Assembly: GCA_044226015.1 (NCBI GenBank)
Contig: JBGAHS010000002.1
Span: forward strand, 192,001-256,000
DNA from: Candidatus Obscuribacteraceae bacterium
GTDB lineage: Bacteria > Cyanobacteriota > Vampirovibrionia > Obscuribacterales > Obscuribacteraceae
Length of the DNA: 64,000 nucleotides
Reading direction: 5' to 3'
Numbering within the stretch: the first letter of the stretch is position 1; each line of letters begins with the position of its first letter. A model generated the notes under the pieces. That model was not told the DNA's origin, did not search any database, and worked only from the letters and a program-made list of their open reading frames with translations. Of this stretch, positions 9,528 through 20,013 are shown in pieces. Both the position numbers and the translations under genes were made by a program.

Positions 9528-11429
9528 TTAGTGGTGAAGAATAATCGGGCGCTTGCCGTCTGAAAGTGAGACCGTCAATTTTTCGTTCCACGGGCGACCA
9601 AAAATCGTGATGGTGCCTGTGACTTCCTGGCTCGGCTGAACAACAGTCGAGTCAAATTCAGCATTAACTGACGCAAGTTTATTGTTGCCTTCCGCAACCG
9701 AAACAGAGTCCGCATCAAAATTGAAGTTATCGGCTCCACCATTTTTGACCACCACGCGCAAAACAGATTTGCGTGGTGTAGTTTTCACTTCTTTCAATTC
9801 AAAGGAAACTGGGCTCATGCTCTGAACGGCTACAGGAGCGGGAGGATCAGGATCAGACTTCGCTGAAGAATCAGGTTTTGCTGCAATTTGAGGCTTATCG
9901 CCCTTATCGTTTTTATCAGCTTTGCCGTTTTTCTTTTTGTCCTTGTCCTTATCTTTGTCCTTATCTTTGTTGTCCTTTTCTTTCTTTTCGTCTTTGCCTT
10001 TTTTCACCGGCGCAGCAGCTGGTGCATCGTCAGGAGCAGAAGCATCAGCAACAACAGCTTGTTTTGGTTTCTTACCAAATCCGAAGACGTTAAAGATACC
10101 GCCCATGCCACCATCATTTCCCTGGGGCTGTGCTTGAGGAATGTCGGCGGCGATAGAGTCAAGACTTGGCGCAACGCCAGACACATTCTTGACTATGGTT
10201 CGAGTAGCCGGGGCTCCGACAATTGTAGCAAGGTCAGTTTGCGAAGACCTCATGTCTTCTTTGCTAGCATCAGCCTCTTGCTGCGTTTGAGCAAGATCAA
10301 CCGTAGCTCTCTGACGCTCTGCTTGTGACTCTGCGCAATCTAATTCTTGCTTACGAGCCTGTACCTGTTGTTGCGTTAGAATAAACTTGTTGTAGGAATA
10401 AAGATAACGATAGTACGCTTGAACAAGGTCTGTCTGCACCTTCTTCACTTGCGGGAAGACTTTCTTGTCGACCTGCGCCATGTTTTTGAACAGGTTATCT
10501 ACCTGTCTTTGCGGCACGGAAAGTGAGCCCTTGCTTGCTTCTCCTGGAAGACCAACTTCCACTTTTGCCAACATTTCAGCAAACTTCGGGTCGCTTGTAA
10601 CACCGGCCAGGCTCGAAGCCAGCGATGCCTTCCATAACATCTTCAACTCGTCACGCTGCTTGAATGGAGAACGAGCCTCCATGCCAGTTGGCGTGATGAT
10701 TTGCATTGGCTCCTTTTTCTTCTTTTTCGGCTCGTCTTCGTCGTCAGAGCTTGTAGTTTTAGGAGCATTCGGGTCGCCAAACAAACTGTTTTTCCTTACC
10801 GGTGCTGCGGGCTGCTCAGGCTGAGCATACGGCTGCTGACCATAAGGATTAGCATAAGGATTGAAACCGGGTGGTGGCATGCCATATGGCATCGGCACAG
10901 CCGACGTAGAAAGCGACACCGCGGGTGGTGGCGGAACAAAACCTGGTGATGGCGTTGTGTAATTTATGCCATAGCTCGCCCCCTGAGGAGGAGCCGGCGG
11001 TGCTGAACTTACAGGCGCAGACCACGACTGTGCCATCTGCTGAGCCTGCGCCATCTGCTGAGCCTGCTGAGCTTGTTGAGCCGCAGCTGAGAAATCGTTA
11101 GGTCCACCCACCGAAGGCAAGTTGGAATAATTTTGCGAACCTACTGAAGGTAAATCGCGCTGCTGATTCTGATTATTAGCTTCCTCGCGAGCACGCATCT
11201 CAGCTTCAGCAGCCTGCCGCTCTGCTTCTATTTTGGCTTCTTCCTCATCGTGAATTTGCCGCATAACAGAAGGGTCAGCCTTCGGACGAAGCTGACCTAT
11301 CACGCTATAAGAGCGTCCCTTATAACTGCTCATATCGGAAGCACTGCCGCTGGTGTCTTTCTGTTCATTACAGGCGGACAGCGGCAGCGACAACGCCGCT
11401 AATAGAACTAGTGAGAGACGCTCTTTCAC
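9528..11429 (-). CDS. Lipoprotein with half-TolC-like coiled coil and C-terminal Ig-like domain
   Basis: Lipobox LSA-C at residue 19; VQAYYRYL...DLATIVG helical segment; beta-rich C-terminus. Confidence 0.6.
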   Translation of the reverse strand: MKERLSLVLLAALSLPLSACNEQKDTSGSASDMSSYKGRSYSVIGQLRPKADPSVMRQIHDEEEAKIEAERQAAEAEMRAREEANNQNQQRDLPSVGSQNYSNLPSVGGPNDFSAAAQQAQQAQQMAQAQQMAQSWSAPVSSAPPAPPQGASYGINYTTPSPGFVPPPPAVSLSTSAVPMPYGMPPPGFNPYANPYGQQPYAQPEQPAAPVRKNSLFGDPNAPKTTSSDDEDEPKKKKKEPMQIITPTGMEARSPFKQRDELKMLWKASLASSLAGVTSDPKFAEMLAKVEVGLPGEASKGSLSVPQRQVDNLFKNMAQVDKKVFPQVKKVQTDLVQAYYRYLYSYNKFILTQQQVQARKQELDCAESQAERQRATVDLAQTQQEADASKEDMRSSQTDLATIVGAPATRTIVKNVSGVAPSLDSIAADIPQAQPQGNDGGMGGIFNVFGFGKKPKQAVVADASAPDDAPAAAPVKKGKDEKKEKDNKDKDKDKDKDKKKNGKADKNDKGDKPQIAAKPDSSAKSDPDPPAPVAVQSMSPVSFELKEVKTTPRKSVLRVVVKNGGADNFNFDADSVSVAEGNNKLASVNAEFDSTVVQPSQEVTGTITIFGRPWNEKLTVSLSDGKRPIILHH

Positions 11430-11441
11430 TTTTCCTTCTGA

Positions 11442-12104
11442 CTACTTGAGTCGGTTCAACAATACACCACGGACGTTTGTATTGGCACCACCTCCGCCAC
11501 CAGAAGAACCTGATGGAGCTTGAGTGTAGTTGCCACCATATGATGCGGCAGGAGTAGCAGTTCTAGCAGGTCCAGACATGCCTCGACTTGGTCCGGCAGC
11601 GGCGCCTGGTCCAGCAGTATGAGCAGTCGGCGTCATGAGCGAACCATGTACACCTGTAGTTTGTCCACCTGGAAGAGTTCCTTTCGGGTGAATTCCACCA
11701 GCTGGAATGTTAGATGGGCTGCGAGTAAAGCCAACCTTGTCTAATGGCAATCCGCCCATCGGCGCGTTGCGATAGCCTGGTCCACCACCGCCGAGTGGCA
11801 TGCCTCCACCTGGCAACAACGGAGAACCGCCGTCACCACCCATGGCACCACCGCCACCGCCTCCGCCTGGTCCACCAAAGCCCTGAGGTCCTGGTGGTAG
11901 CTGAATTTGTTGCGGCATTTCAGGAGCTTCGCGGAAATCTCTCACGACAGGGCGCTCATCAATAATCTGTACTTCGCGAGGCGCGTTGTACCAGGTAGTC
12001 TTAGATCGCGCTTTGACATTGATTGATTGCGCATTAGCGTCTTGAGCCATACATACTGCTGCCAGTATGCCAAGTCCCAGTGCTGCCGATTTGCTTACTT
12101 TCAT
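11442..12104 (-). CDS. Secreted Gly/Pro-rich hypothetical protein
   Basis: Signal peptide ending ANA; AGGAG RBS; 12 bp from the next gene. Confidence 0.7.
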   Translation of the reverse strand: MKVSKSAALGLGILAAVCMAQDANAQSINVKARSKTTWYNAPREVQIIDERPVVRDFREAPEMPQQIQLPPGPQGFGGPGGGGGGGAMGGDGGSPLLPGGGMPLGGGGPGYRNAPMGGLPLDKVGFTRSPSNIPAGGIHPKGTLPGGQTTGVHGSLMTPTAHTAGPGAAAGPSRGMSGPARTATPAASYGGNYTQAPSGSSGGGGGANTNVRGVLLNRLK

Positions 12105-12132
12105 GTTCTATCTCCTGATTCCCGGGACCGGC

Positions 12133-13260
12133 TTAGAAACTGATAGGCATGCCAGTTTGCCTGAGCATTTGCCTACCCATTTGCTTACCACGACGCATTG
12201 TACGCTTAGCAAATTGATTGCCTCGCTTGTTTTTGAAGTTACCAGAGGTGTATTCATCATCCGGCAAGGTCAAGTCCTCTGATTGGGTCTGGAACAACCC
12301 TGTAGCAGTTGGTGCTTCTGGAGCTCCTCCAGCGACGGCATCCTGCGAGTCATCAAGGTTTGGAGCCTTGCCCTTAGGACCGCCTTCTCCACCACCTCTA
12401 GATCCTACCATTGTAGGTGCAGTGCCCGCACCTTTTCCTGTACCCCCACTTGTTGTGGTGTCAAAACGGTCGGTTCTCATGATAGGTGGAGGTGTTCGCA
12501 CCTTATAGTAGTTGCTTTTGCTGCTATCTGCAGTATTTGAGGTTGCAGGTGATGTAATGGTTTTTGAGGTAGGACCAGGGTCGCCGCCTCCGAATCCACC
12601 GCCGTTGTCCTCTCCATAGTTGCCGCCACCGCCGCTGCCGCCGTTTCCACCACCGCCGGAGTAATCTCCGCCGCCACCGCCGCCGCCACCGTTACCTCCG
12701 CCGCCACCGCCGCCACCGCCGCGCTGGAATGAACCTGGCTCATAGTGTCCGTAATGTTGGTGCATACCGGTAGATACCGGTCCGCCTCCGCCTCCACCGA
12801 CACTGCCGCCACCGCCGCCTCCACCGCCACCACCAGAGGAGGTGCGCCATGCACCCTTCCCACCGGAAGAGCTGACTCCCATCTGTACTGGCAGGTCGAG
12901 GGCCAAGGGCATAGGAGGAAATCCTGCCGGTGGAATTGGCTCCTCGGCAGCGATTGGCTCGATCGATACATCTGGTCCCGGAGGAGGTGGTGGTGCTAGC
13001 GTATACGATGGCACCATGGTCATCTGCTGTCGCACTTGCTGGGCACGCGCTTCAGGACGATGGTCTTCGCAACCAGTTACGTCGAGGTACCCCTCTGAAC
13101 CGTGTCGTCCCAACTGAGCGGAAGGCTGATACTGGTTGTCTCCAGGCTGATGTACGAACTTACCCATATTTGTTGCTGGCAAGCCCTGTGCAAAAACTGA
13201 CGGCATACAAATCGTAGCTGCCAGCAATAGCGAGAAAACAGACCGACCTTTACTTGTCAT
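12133..13260 (-). CDS. Secreted glycine-rich hypothetical protein
   Basis: Signal peptide ending VFA; poly-Gly tracts; AGGAGG RBS. Confidence 0.7.
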   Translation of the reverse strand: MTSKGRSVFSLLLAATICMPSVFAQGLPATNMGKFVHQPGDNQYQPSAQLGRHGSEGYLDVTGCEDHRPEARAQQVRQQMTMVPSYTLAPPPPPGPDVSIEPIAAEEPIPPAGFPPMPLALDLPVQMGVSSSGGKGAWRTSSGGGGGGGGGGSVGGGGGGPVSTGMHQHYGHYEPGSFQRGGGGGGGGGNGGGGGGGGDYSGGGGNGGSGGGGNYGEDNGGGFGGGDPGPTSKTITSPATSNTADSSKSNYYKVRTPPPIMRTDRFDTTTSGGTGKGAGTAPTMVGSRGGGEGGPKGKAPNLDDSQDAVAGGAPEAPTATGLFQTQSEDLTLPDDEYTSGNFKNKRGNQFAKRTMRRGKQMGRQMLRQTGMPISF

Positions 13261-13880
13261 TTAAAGACCCCTCCTGAAAGAGGTAACTGAAAACCGATGG
13301 AATTTGGCTAGTAAGAAACGAACAAAATGCCGAGAATTGGAGGCTCAAAGGTCATTTTTAATTCTTTCGCCAAAACTTGTCAATAGCTTTGCCCCTCGAT
13401 TGTCCTCCGCAGGATGCTAACTACTAGAATTAATCTACCCGAGAGTATCATAATCAAAACTCGATGAAACCTGGGGTTTTACCTGATTTTGATCCAGTAA
13501 AAGTGGAGTCTAAAATCCACAAATCTGCTACAGAACTTTGATTCGATCATCTTCCACTCAACAAGTGATTCCTTTACTACTTACAGGAGGGAAGCAAAAA
13601 TTAGATTGCAAGACAGAAGTCATGAATGCAAATATCTGCAAAACGGGGAATAAAGCGTTAGAGCGGTTACTAGAGGTGGACCGAGAAATCAAGCCCATCT
13701 GCAGATGCAAATTTCCTTTTCAAGAACACTCCTCCAGGGGAGTTATCAGCGTTTTACAAAATGTTTGATGGAAAAAACAGGAAGCGTGGCATTTTGAACT
13801 AATAGCGTTAGACTTGGCACAGAATAAGGTTCTGCTTTGCAAAAGAATTCAGGCAGCGGACAATCCGCGAAATCGTTAAA

Positions 13881-15800
13881 ATGATGAAAAAGCATACGGT
13901 ACAGGAAATGCGGACACAAAAATATCTTCTAGTTGCTTTGAGCTTTTGCTTACTCAGCACAACCTTTCAGAACTCTGCGGATGCCAGGGCGCGAGGCGGT
14001 GGAGGCGGAGGTCGCGGCGTAATGTTGCAGACACCCAACCCGCAAACGCCAGTCGAGCACAACAATAGAGGCGTTGAACTGGGTCAAAAAGGGCTCTGGC
14101 CCGATGCAATTCGCGAGCATGAATTAGCGTTGCAAATGGACCCTCACAACACACAATGGCGAACAAATTTATCAGCCGCTCTACTCGAATATGGAAAGTA
14201 TCTTTCCGCTCATGGCAAGAAATTCGAAGGCGGAGCAATGTACAGAAAGGCGATGATTATCGACCCTGCTAACGCACAAGCTGATGCTGAATTAGACAAC
14301 ATTCTGAAAAGCCTGAGAAGAAACCCTGACGACTACGACTATCGCAAATCGCTTGCTGATGATGCTGACGTTTCAGGGCAGTACGATACGTCAATTGTTG
14401 AGTGGCGAAAATGCATCAAGATTAGAAACGACCCGTATTCTCATGCAAGACTCGGCGCTGTTTTGATCAAAGCCGGAAAAACTGTCGAAGGCTATAAAGA
14501 GCTGCGAACCGCAGTGGGAATGAGCTGGCCAGAAGGACAGGAAAAGGAATTAGCCGATGTCCACCGACAGCTCGGCGACATACTAAAGGATTTCGCGCTT
14601 AAAGCGAAAGATAGAGGAGCCGGCAGCAAGGGAATGCAGCGACTCTACAATGCCGCCGTCGAATATCGACGCGCTGTGACTATTTACCCCGGAAACGGAG
14701 GCGCCATTGAAGGTTTACTTCAATGTGGACAAATGGCACTCGCCATAAGACCGAGCTTTGACAACCATCTATACATGGGCGGTGCCTACGTTCTTGCAGG
14801 TAAATTTCCGAATGCACAGATGGAATACAATGAATGCTACAAGCTCAAACCCAATCGTCCAGAGCTCTCCACTGCGCGTATCGCGTTCCACCAGGCTGTT
14901 GCTCGCAGCGGTAATGCTTCGCAAGAGCAAGTGGCAGACAGCATTGCCAAAATAAAGAAACTCATCGATGACGACCCCGAAAACGCTCGCCTCTGGTACA
15001 TACTCGGACGCTTGAGGGAATCGCAATCTGACTACGAAAAAGCTAAGAAATGCTATGACAAAGCTGCGCAAATCAATCCTCTAATCGACAAAGACCTGAA
15101 GCAGGCTATGGTCAGAATTGGCGCAAGCCCAGCCGAAGTGGCATCAGCAACACCTAATACACCGAAAACACCAGAGCAATCAAAAGAAGCTCTGCAAAAA
15201 GCTATGAAGGAAAAGGCACGTGTCGATCTTGAGCAGATGGTCGAAAACGGCGACAACGACAATGCAATAACGAAGGGACAGGAAGCGTTCACGAAAGATC
15301 CAAAAGATGGTTCTATCGCGGGCATCATCGGTCGCGCGTTTCAAAAGAAAGGCGATGCCAACGCCGCCAAGTCCTGGTATAGAATTGGCGCTGGTCTCGG
15401 AGATAGCAATTCAGCCCGCTTCCTGGAAGAAATTGACGCCGACCGCGTCGCAGAGAAAATGAAAGAAGCCGACGGCTTATTCAAAGATGGAAAATTTATC
15501 GACGCTAAAAGTATCTACCAGGACGTAATAATAATGGCGCCCAAACGAGCAGACGTTCATCGCAAAGTTGGCGACTGCATGAAATCAATGGGCGATGCCG
15601 AAGGTGCCAAGAAAGAGTACGATGATGCAGACAGAATCGAAAAAGGCTTGCCACCACTAGCAGATACGCAAGATGATGATCAGAGCAAGAAAACAATCGC
15701 GGGAAATGACAAGGGAAACAAAGAGCCTGCAAAACCAAAAGAGGATGGTGGATTGAAGGCTGACTCTCTTGAAATGAAACCAATCAAGAAGAAAAAATAG
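13881..15800 (+). CDS. Secreted TPR-repeat protein
   Basis: Signal peptide; many TPR motifs (e.g. ARLWYILGRLRESQSDYEKAKKCYDKAAQINP). Confidence 0.85.
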   Translation: MMKKHTVQEMRTQKYLLVALSFCLLSTTFQNSADARARGGGGGGRGVMLQTPNPQTPVEHNNRGVELGQKGLWPDAIREHELALQMDPHNTQWRTNLSAALLEYGKYLSAHGKKFEGGAMYRKAMIIDPANAQADAELDNILKSLRRNPDDYDYRKSLADDADVSGQYDTSIVEWRKCIKIRNDPYSHARLGAVLIKAGKTVEGYKELRTAVGMSWPEGQEKELADVHRQLGDILKDFALKAKDRGAGSKGMQRLYNAAVEYRRAVTIYPGNGGAIEGLLQCGQMALAIRPSFDNHLYMGGAYVLAGKFPNAQMEYNECYKLKPNRPELSTARIAFHQAVARSGNASQEQVADSIAKIKKLIDDDPENARLWYILGRLRESQSDYEKAKKCYDKAAQINPLIDKDLKQAMVRIGASPAEVASATPNTPKTPEQSKEALQKAMKEKARVDLEQMVENGDNDNAITKGQEAFTKDPKDGSIAGIIGRAFQKKGDANAAKSWYRIGAGLGDSNSARFLEEIDADRVAEKMKEADGLFKDGKFIDAKSIYQDVIIMAPKRADVHRKVGDCMKSMGDAEGAKKEYDDADRIEKGLPPLADTQDDDQSKKTIAGNDKGNKEPAKPKEDGGLKADSLEMKPIKKKK

Positions 15801-15830
15801 ACTGTAGTAATAGTTCGTCGAGTTCCGAAA

Positions 15831-17615
15831 GTGAAAATTAAAACGCTGCTCTCATTCTCAATTCTCCTATCATCGCTTTTCACAGTGGATGCTAAAGCCG
15901 CTGCCATGGCGGCTGGGGAGACGATGCAAGGCACAGTGGAAAAGGTTGAGAAGACCGAACCGGCATCGGGTGCCTCTATGGACGAAGCGGATAATTTCCT
16001 CACTCAAAACAAATATAAACAAGCAGAAGACGCATATAGAGCGCTTCTGGCAGATGACACCACGGGTGACGCCTACGCCGGGTTGGCGGTTTCACTGGCT
16101 AAACAGGGCACACCTTCAAAGATTCTTGAAGCGGAAAAAATTCTGCGAAAAGCCAAAGGAAATTTCGCCGACAACCCCAACGTAATGGCGGCTGGCGGCT
16201 ACGTTTCTTTTGTGCATTCAAAATCGGTAGCATCACCGGCAAAACGCGATCAATATCTGGAAGCTTCTGAAACTTTGTGTAAGCGTGCCATTCAGGGAAA
16301 CTCCGACATCCTGATTGCACAGCAGACACTGGGGCTTGTAAAAATCGCACAAGACGACCTGGAAGAGGCGATTGAGCCCTTGCGCAAAGCAACACAGATT
16401 GCCGAAAACCCGGTGAATCTGACACTGCTTGCTCAGGCACTTTTGCGCATGGATGCAAAAGAAACAAAAGAACCAGAAGACCTTATCGATAAAGCACTGA
16501 AAATGGATAAGAATTATCATCCTGCGCATTTGCAGAAAGCGATAATTCTGAATCAACAGGGCAAAGCAGAAGACGCTTTCATGGAATTGCATAATATTCC
16601 ACAGCAATATCGTTCCTTCGACTGGTTCCTCACCGAAGGTGACATCTACAGAAAGCAGGGAGATGGTCCTGCGGCTCTGGCATCATGGCGAGAGTCAGTG
16701 AGGCTCGACCCGCACAGCCCTGAGTCCTATAAGCATATGGCTGAGTTTTATGCGATGCGTGGCGACGGCGAACTCGGCATCGCTTCTCTTCATGACGCTC
16801 TGGAAATTCTTCCGAATGATATGGCACTGCGCCAATTGCTGGCGGAGTTGGCTCTAAGGCAAGATAAGCTAGATGTCTCCGAATCAGAATACCGAACAAT
16901 TCTGGCTTCTCAGCCAGACGACCCAGCCGCCTTGCTTGGCTTGTCGCGCGTTTACTTCCGCAAAGCTAGAAAAGAAGGGCAGTACCCGCCGGGCTGGCAA
17001 CAGTTGATGGATCAGCTGCAAAACGTAATTACGGAACATGGAGTGAAGGGCAAGCTTATTCGCGGTGGTGCCGCCAACCTGCAAGACAACATCGAGTTGT
17101 CTGAGGGTGAGAAAGCGCTGGCGCAAAATCGCTTCAAAGAGGCTCGTCAGCACTTCCAAACCGTCATAAATAATAAGAAGGACAGTCCCTACGACCTTCT
17201 AACTCTGGGTGAGCAAGCCTTTTATGATGGCGACCTGGGCTCAGCAGAAGAAGCGTTCAACTTTGCAAAGCAAATCTCAGATGCAGCACCGCGAGCTGAA
17301 CAGGGGCTGAGCAAAATCACATCACAGCGCAGTGAAGCCACAAGACAAACGAAACTTGGCGATGCAACTCGCACCATTCCTGAGGTTGCACTCGATCACT
17401 ACAAGCAAGCTTTGATTGCCGACCCGCAGCACAGCAATGCTTATTACGGACTCTTCTGTTTGTATGGAAAGGCTAAAAAGCCAGACTACGAACAGGCTTT
17501 GAACTATGGCAACTCGTTTTTGGAGTTAGCTCCGGACAGCGATCCGATGAGAAGAGATGTAGAGGACACGCTTGCCCGGTTGAAAGGTAAGTCAGGTAAA
17601 GGAAAGAAAAAATAG
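15831..17615 (+). CDS. Secreted TPR-repeat protein
   Basis: Signal peptide ending AKA; multiple TPRs. Confidence 0.85.
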   Translation: MKIKTLLSFSILLSSLFTVDAKAAAMAAGETMQGTVEKVEKTEPASGASMDEADNFLTQNKYKQAEDAYRALLADDTTGDAYAGLAVSLAKQGTPSKILEAEKILRKAKGNFADNPNVMAAGGYVSFVHSKSVASPAKRDQYLEASETLCKRAIQGNSDILIAQQTLGLVKIAQDDLEEAIEPLRKATQIAENPVNLTLLAQALLRMDAKETKEPEDLIDKALKMDKNYHPAHLQKAIILNQQGKAEDAFMELHNIPQQYRSFDWFLTEGDIYRKQGDGPAALASWRESVRLDPHSPESYKHMAEFYAMRGDGELGIASLHDALEILPNDMALRQLLAELALRQDKLDVSESEYRTILASQPDDPAALLGLSRVYFRKARKEGQYPPGWQQLMDQLQNVITEHGVKGKLIRGGAANLQDNIELSEGEKALAQNRFKEARQHFQTVINNKKDSPYDLLTLGEQAFYDGDLGSAEEAFNFAKQISDAAPRAEQGLSKITSQRSEATRQTKLGDATRTIPEVALDHYKQALIADPQHSNAYYGLFCLYGKAKKPDYEQALNYGNSFLELAPDSDPMRRDVEDTLARLKGKSGKGKKK

Positions 17616-17695
17616 CCTGATAGAAATACTAATTCAGGACTTGACAGTATCGCAGAGCGTAACCAACATAGATTAAGGTCCCTAAGGAGACAGTA

Positions 17696-18100
17696 ATGCC
17701 GCCAGATAGAAAGAAGGAATTTAGAACAATGAACCCACCGCCATCTTCTGGTGACCCAAGTGGCAGAAAGCGAGATATCCGCGACACGGAAGGATACAAA
17801 GCTTCGACCAAGGGCGTGAAGCGGTTCTGGACTAATTACCAAAACATTCTGAAAACCAGCTTTAATGATATGAGTCGCGATGAGCAGGAAGACCTCATCG
17901 ACAAGTTTGCGATGATTGTCACTATCGGCGTTTCTGTTCTCGTAATATTGATTTTTTATCCAATGGTGCCACGTCCTCTTCGAGTGCTCGGTTTGCCTGT
18001 AGCGCTTCTTGTCGCATGGTGGGCAGGACGCAAGGTTGTCGGACCAGTTATTGTGGCGCGCCTCGAGGGTATCCTCAAGAGGGAAGATCGCGAAGATTGA
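17696..18100 (+). CDS. Small two-TM membrane protein
   Basis: AAGGAG RBS; two hydrophobic segments. Confidence 0.7.
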   Translation: MPPDRKKEFRTMNPPPSSGDPSGRKRDIRDTEGYKASTKGVKRFWTNYQNILKTSFNDMSRDEQEDLIDKFAMIVTIGVSVLVILIFYPMVPRPLRVLGLPVALLVAWWAGRKVVGPVIVARLEGILKREDRED

Positions 18101-18116
18101 CCAGCACAACAGGGTT

Positions 18117-18353
18117 TTGCAAGACGTGTTCAAACCGGAAAATCTCAAAATAATCGCCGGTGCTACAATCGTCATCACCGCCTTTGGCATTATGTTACAG
18201 GGTGTCCTCGGGTACGTTTTCAGTCTCGCCCGACTAGGACTAATAATAGTAATCGCTGTCCTGGTTTCAAGCGCACTGGCTTTTGCTTACCAATTCTTGG
18301 TAAAAAAGAGAGATAGGGCTTTAAGCAATACAAATCCGGAAGAGAACACCTAG
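18117..18353 (+). CDS. Small two-TM membrane protein (start uncertain)
   Basis: Two hydrophobic helices; fills the operon gap; the track start (18009) overlaps the previous gene, so TTG 18117 was chosen. Confidence 0.55.
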   Translation: MQDVFKPENLKIIAGATIVITAFGIMLQGVLGYVFSLARLGLIIVIAVLVSSALAFAYQFLVKKRDRALSNTNPEENT

Positions 18354-18362
18354 AGGTAAATC

Positions 18363-19355
18363 ATGAACAAGCAGAAGCGTATTCTCACTCTTTCGGTCAT
18401 CGCACTTACTAGCACTACTCTTTCTCTGCAAGCTGATGCGCAACAGCGCACCAAGCGCAGCGACCCAAACACATACTATCGCGCGCCTCACAGTATGGCG
18501 GGCAAAATGATTATTTTGCCGATTGGAACAACCTTTGAAGGACGCCTTAACAAAACCATCAGCTCTGCTAAGAGTCACATGGGCGACTCTTTTGGAATCG
18601 TGCTTGCTGCACCAGTTCTCTCAAACGGCATCGATGTAATCATTCCGGCTGGCTCTGAGGTCGTCGGAGAAGTTGTAGAAGCAATTTCATCAAATGCACA
18701 GCCCAAGAAGAAGGGTATGCCACCGCCGCGCGGTAAATTGCGCATTCAAATCACTCAGTTGCGCACACCAGACGGAACCAGTTTCCCGCTGGTTGCGAAC
18801 TTAATCGGTGAAGAGGAATCGGAGAAGAACCGCGGACGCCATTCTATGCAAACGAACATGGGCTCTAGCGTCGGCTACGTTGGAACATCTGAAGCATTCG
18901 AAGCCATCGCCCCTGGTGCCAATAGATACGGCAAACAGTATTCAAACGGTCGTGGTCCCGATTACGTCAAGAAACGGGAGTTCCTGGCACACGAAATTTA
19001 CGGTAACGGCGCTGATGACTTTAAGGGAAAAGACGACCGCCGCATTCGTTCACTCGTGTTGAGAAAGATGGATCTGTGGATGGATAATGGTTCGCCTCTT
19101 ACAGTAAAATTGCAGGCGCCACTGCGACTTTCTTTGTCTCCGCACAATGAGGGGCTGCCCGTTGGAGCCGTTGAAGACAATGGCGGAGATGAGCTTCCAG
19201 CACCAAGCAATACCATGTCTAACGACGTTCCACCTATGATGCAAGACACGCCTCCACCGCAAGATGGTGGAAGACGCCGCGCACCAGACCCGATACCACA
19301 ACAAGCGCCACCTCAACGACCTCCAGGTGGTACATCGCCATCTTCGGATTTCTAG
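18363..19355 (+). CDS. Secreted TrbI/VirB10-like protein
   Basis: Signal peptide; LPIGTTFEGRLNKTISS...IIPAGSEVVGEV...GKLRIQITQLRTPDG pattern resembles the VirB10-like beta-barrel; Pro-rich tail. Confidence 0.55.
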   Translation: MNKQKRILTLSVIALTSTTLSLQADAQQRTKRSDPNTYYRAPHSMAGKMIILPIGTTFEGRLNKTISSAKSHMGDSFGIVLAAPVLSNGIDVIIPAGSEVVGEVVEAISSNAQPKKKGMPPPRGKLRIQITQLRTPDGTSFPLVANLIGEEESEKNRGRHSMQTNMGSSVGYVGTSEAFEAIAPGANRYGKQYSNGRGPDYVKKREFLAHEIYGNGADDFKGKDDRRIRSLVLRKMDLWMDNGSPLTVKLQAPLRLSLSPHNEGLPVGAVEDNGGDELPAPSNTMSNDVPPMMQDTPPPQDGGRRRAPDPIPQQAPPQRPPGGTSPSSDF

Positions 19356-19356
19356 A

Positions 19357-20013
19357 ATGCAATCAGACAACAATCGAAGCGACTTGCCTTTCGTATTAGC
19401 TATAACCGGAGCCAGCGGCTCTATCTACGGCTTGAGGTTGCTTCAGTTCTTGATGGAAATCAATCAACCAGTCGACCTCTTGGTGTCACGTGGTGCAAGA
19501 CAGGTAATGATTGAAGAAATGGGACTCGCCTTTCCTGAAGACTTGAGAGAAGGGCTGCTAAACTACCTGGCTCTGCCCGAAGACTGTCCGGTGAAACTCC
19601 ATCGCCTAGACAATTATGGGTCCTCGGTAGCAAGCGGTTCTTATCGAACCAGAGGCATGGCAATTGTTCCCTGCAGCCTTGGAACTCTCGGGTCCATTGC
19701 TGCTGGTCTAACTGAAAATTTGATACACAGAGCAGCTACAGTAACGCTAAAAGAGCGGCGTCCGCTCTTCCTCCTCATTCGAGAAATGCCTTTTGGGCAA
19801 ATACAGTTAAAGAATATGTTGACTGTTTCTGAGGCAGGTGGAATTGTTGCTGCAGCCTCACCAGGCTTCTATCATAAGCCGCAAAGCATCAGCGACTTGG
19901 TCGACTTTGTGGTTGGCAGAGTGCTTGATCAATTCGCCTTCGACCACAACTTATTCAAACGATGGAAAGAAGACGCTCGACCATTGAGAATTGCGCAAGG
20001 TATGGAGAAATGA
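19357..20013 (+). CDS. ubiX: Flavin prenyltransferase UbiX
   Basis: LAITGASGSIYG, VASGS, IVPCSLGTL, RAATVTLKERR, PGFYHKP. Confidence 0.93.
   Translation: MQSDNNRSDLPFVLAITGASGSIYGLRLLQFLMEINQPVDLLVSRGARQVMIEEMGLAFPEDLREGLLNYLALPEDCPVKLHRLDNYGSSVASGSYRTRGMAIVPCSLGTLGSIAAGLTENLIHRAATVTLKERRPLFLLIREMPFGQIQLKNMLTVSEAGGIVAAASPGFYHKPQSISDLVDFVVGRVLDQFAFDHNLFKRWKEDARPLRIAQGMEK

Noticed and set aside
13538..13768. 76-aa ORF in the divergent intergenic region
   Set aside because: TTG start, no motif; likely promoter DNA.
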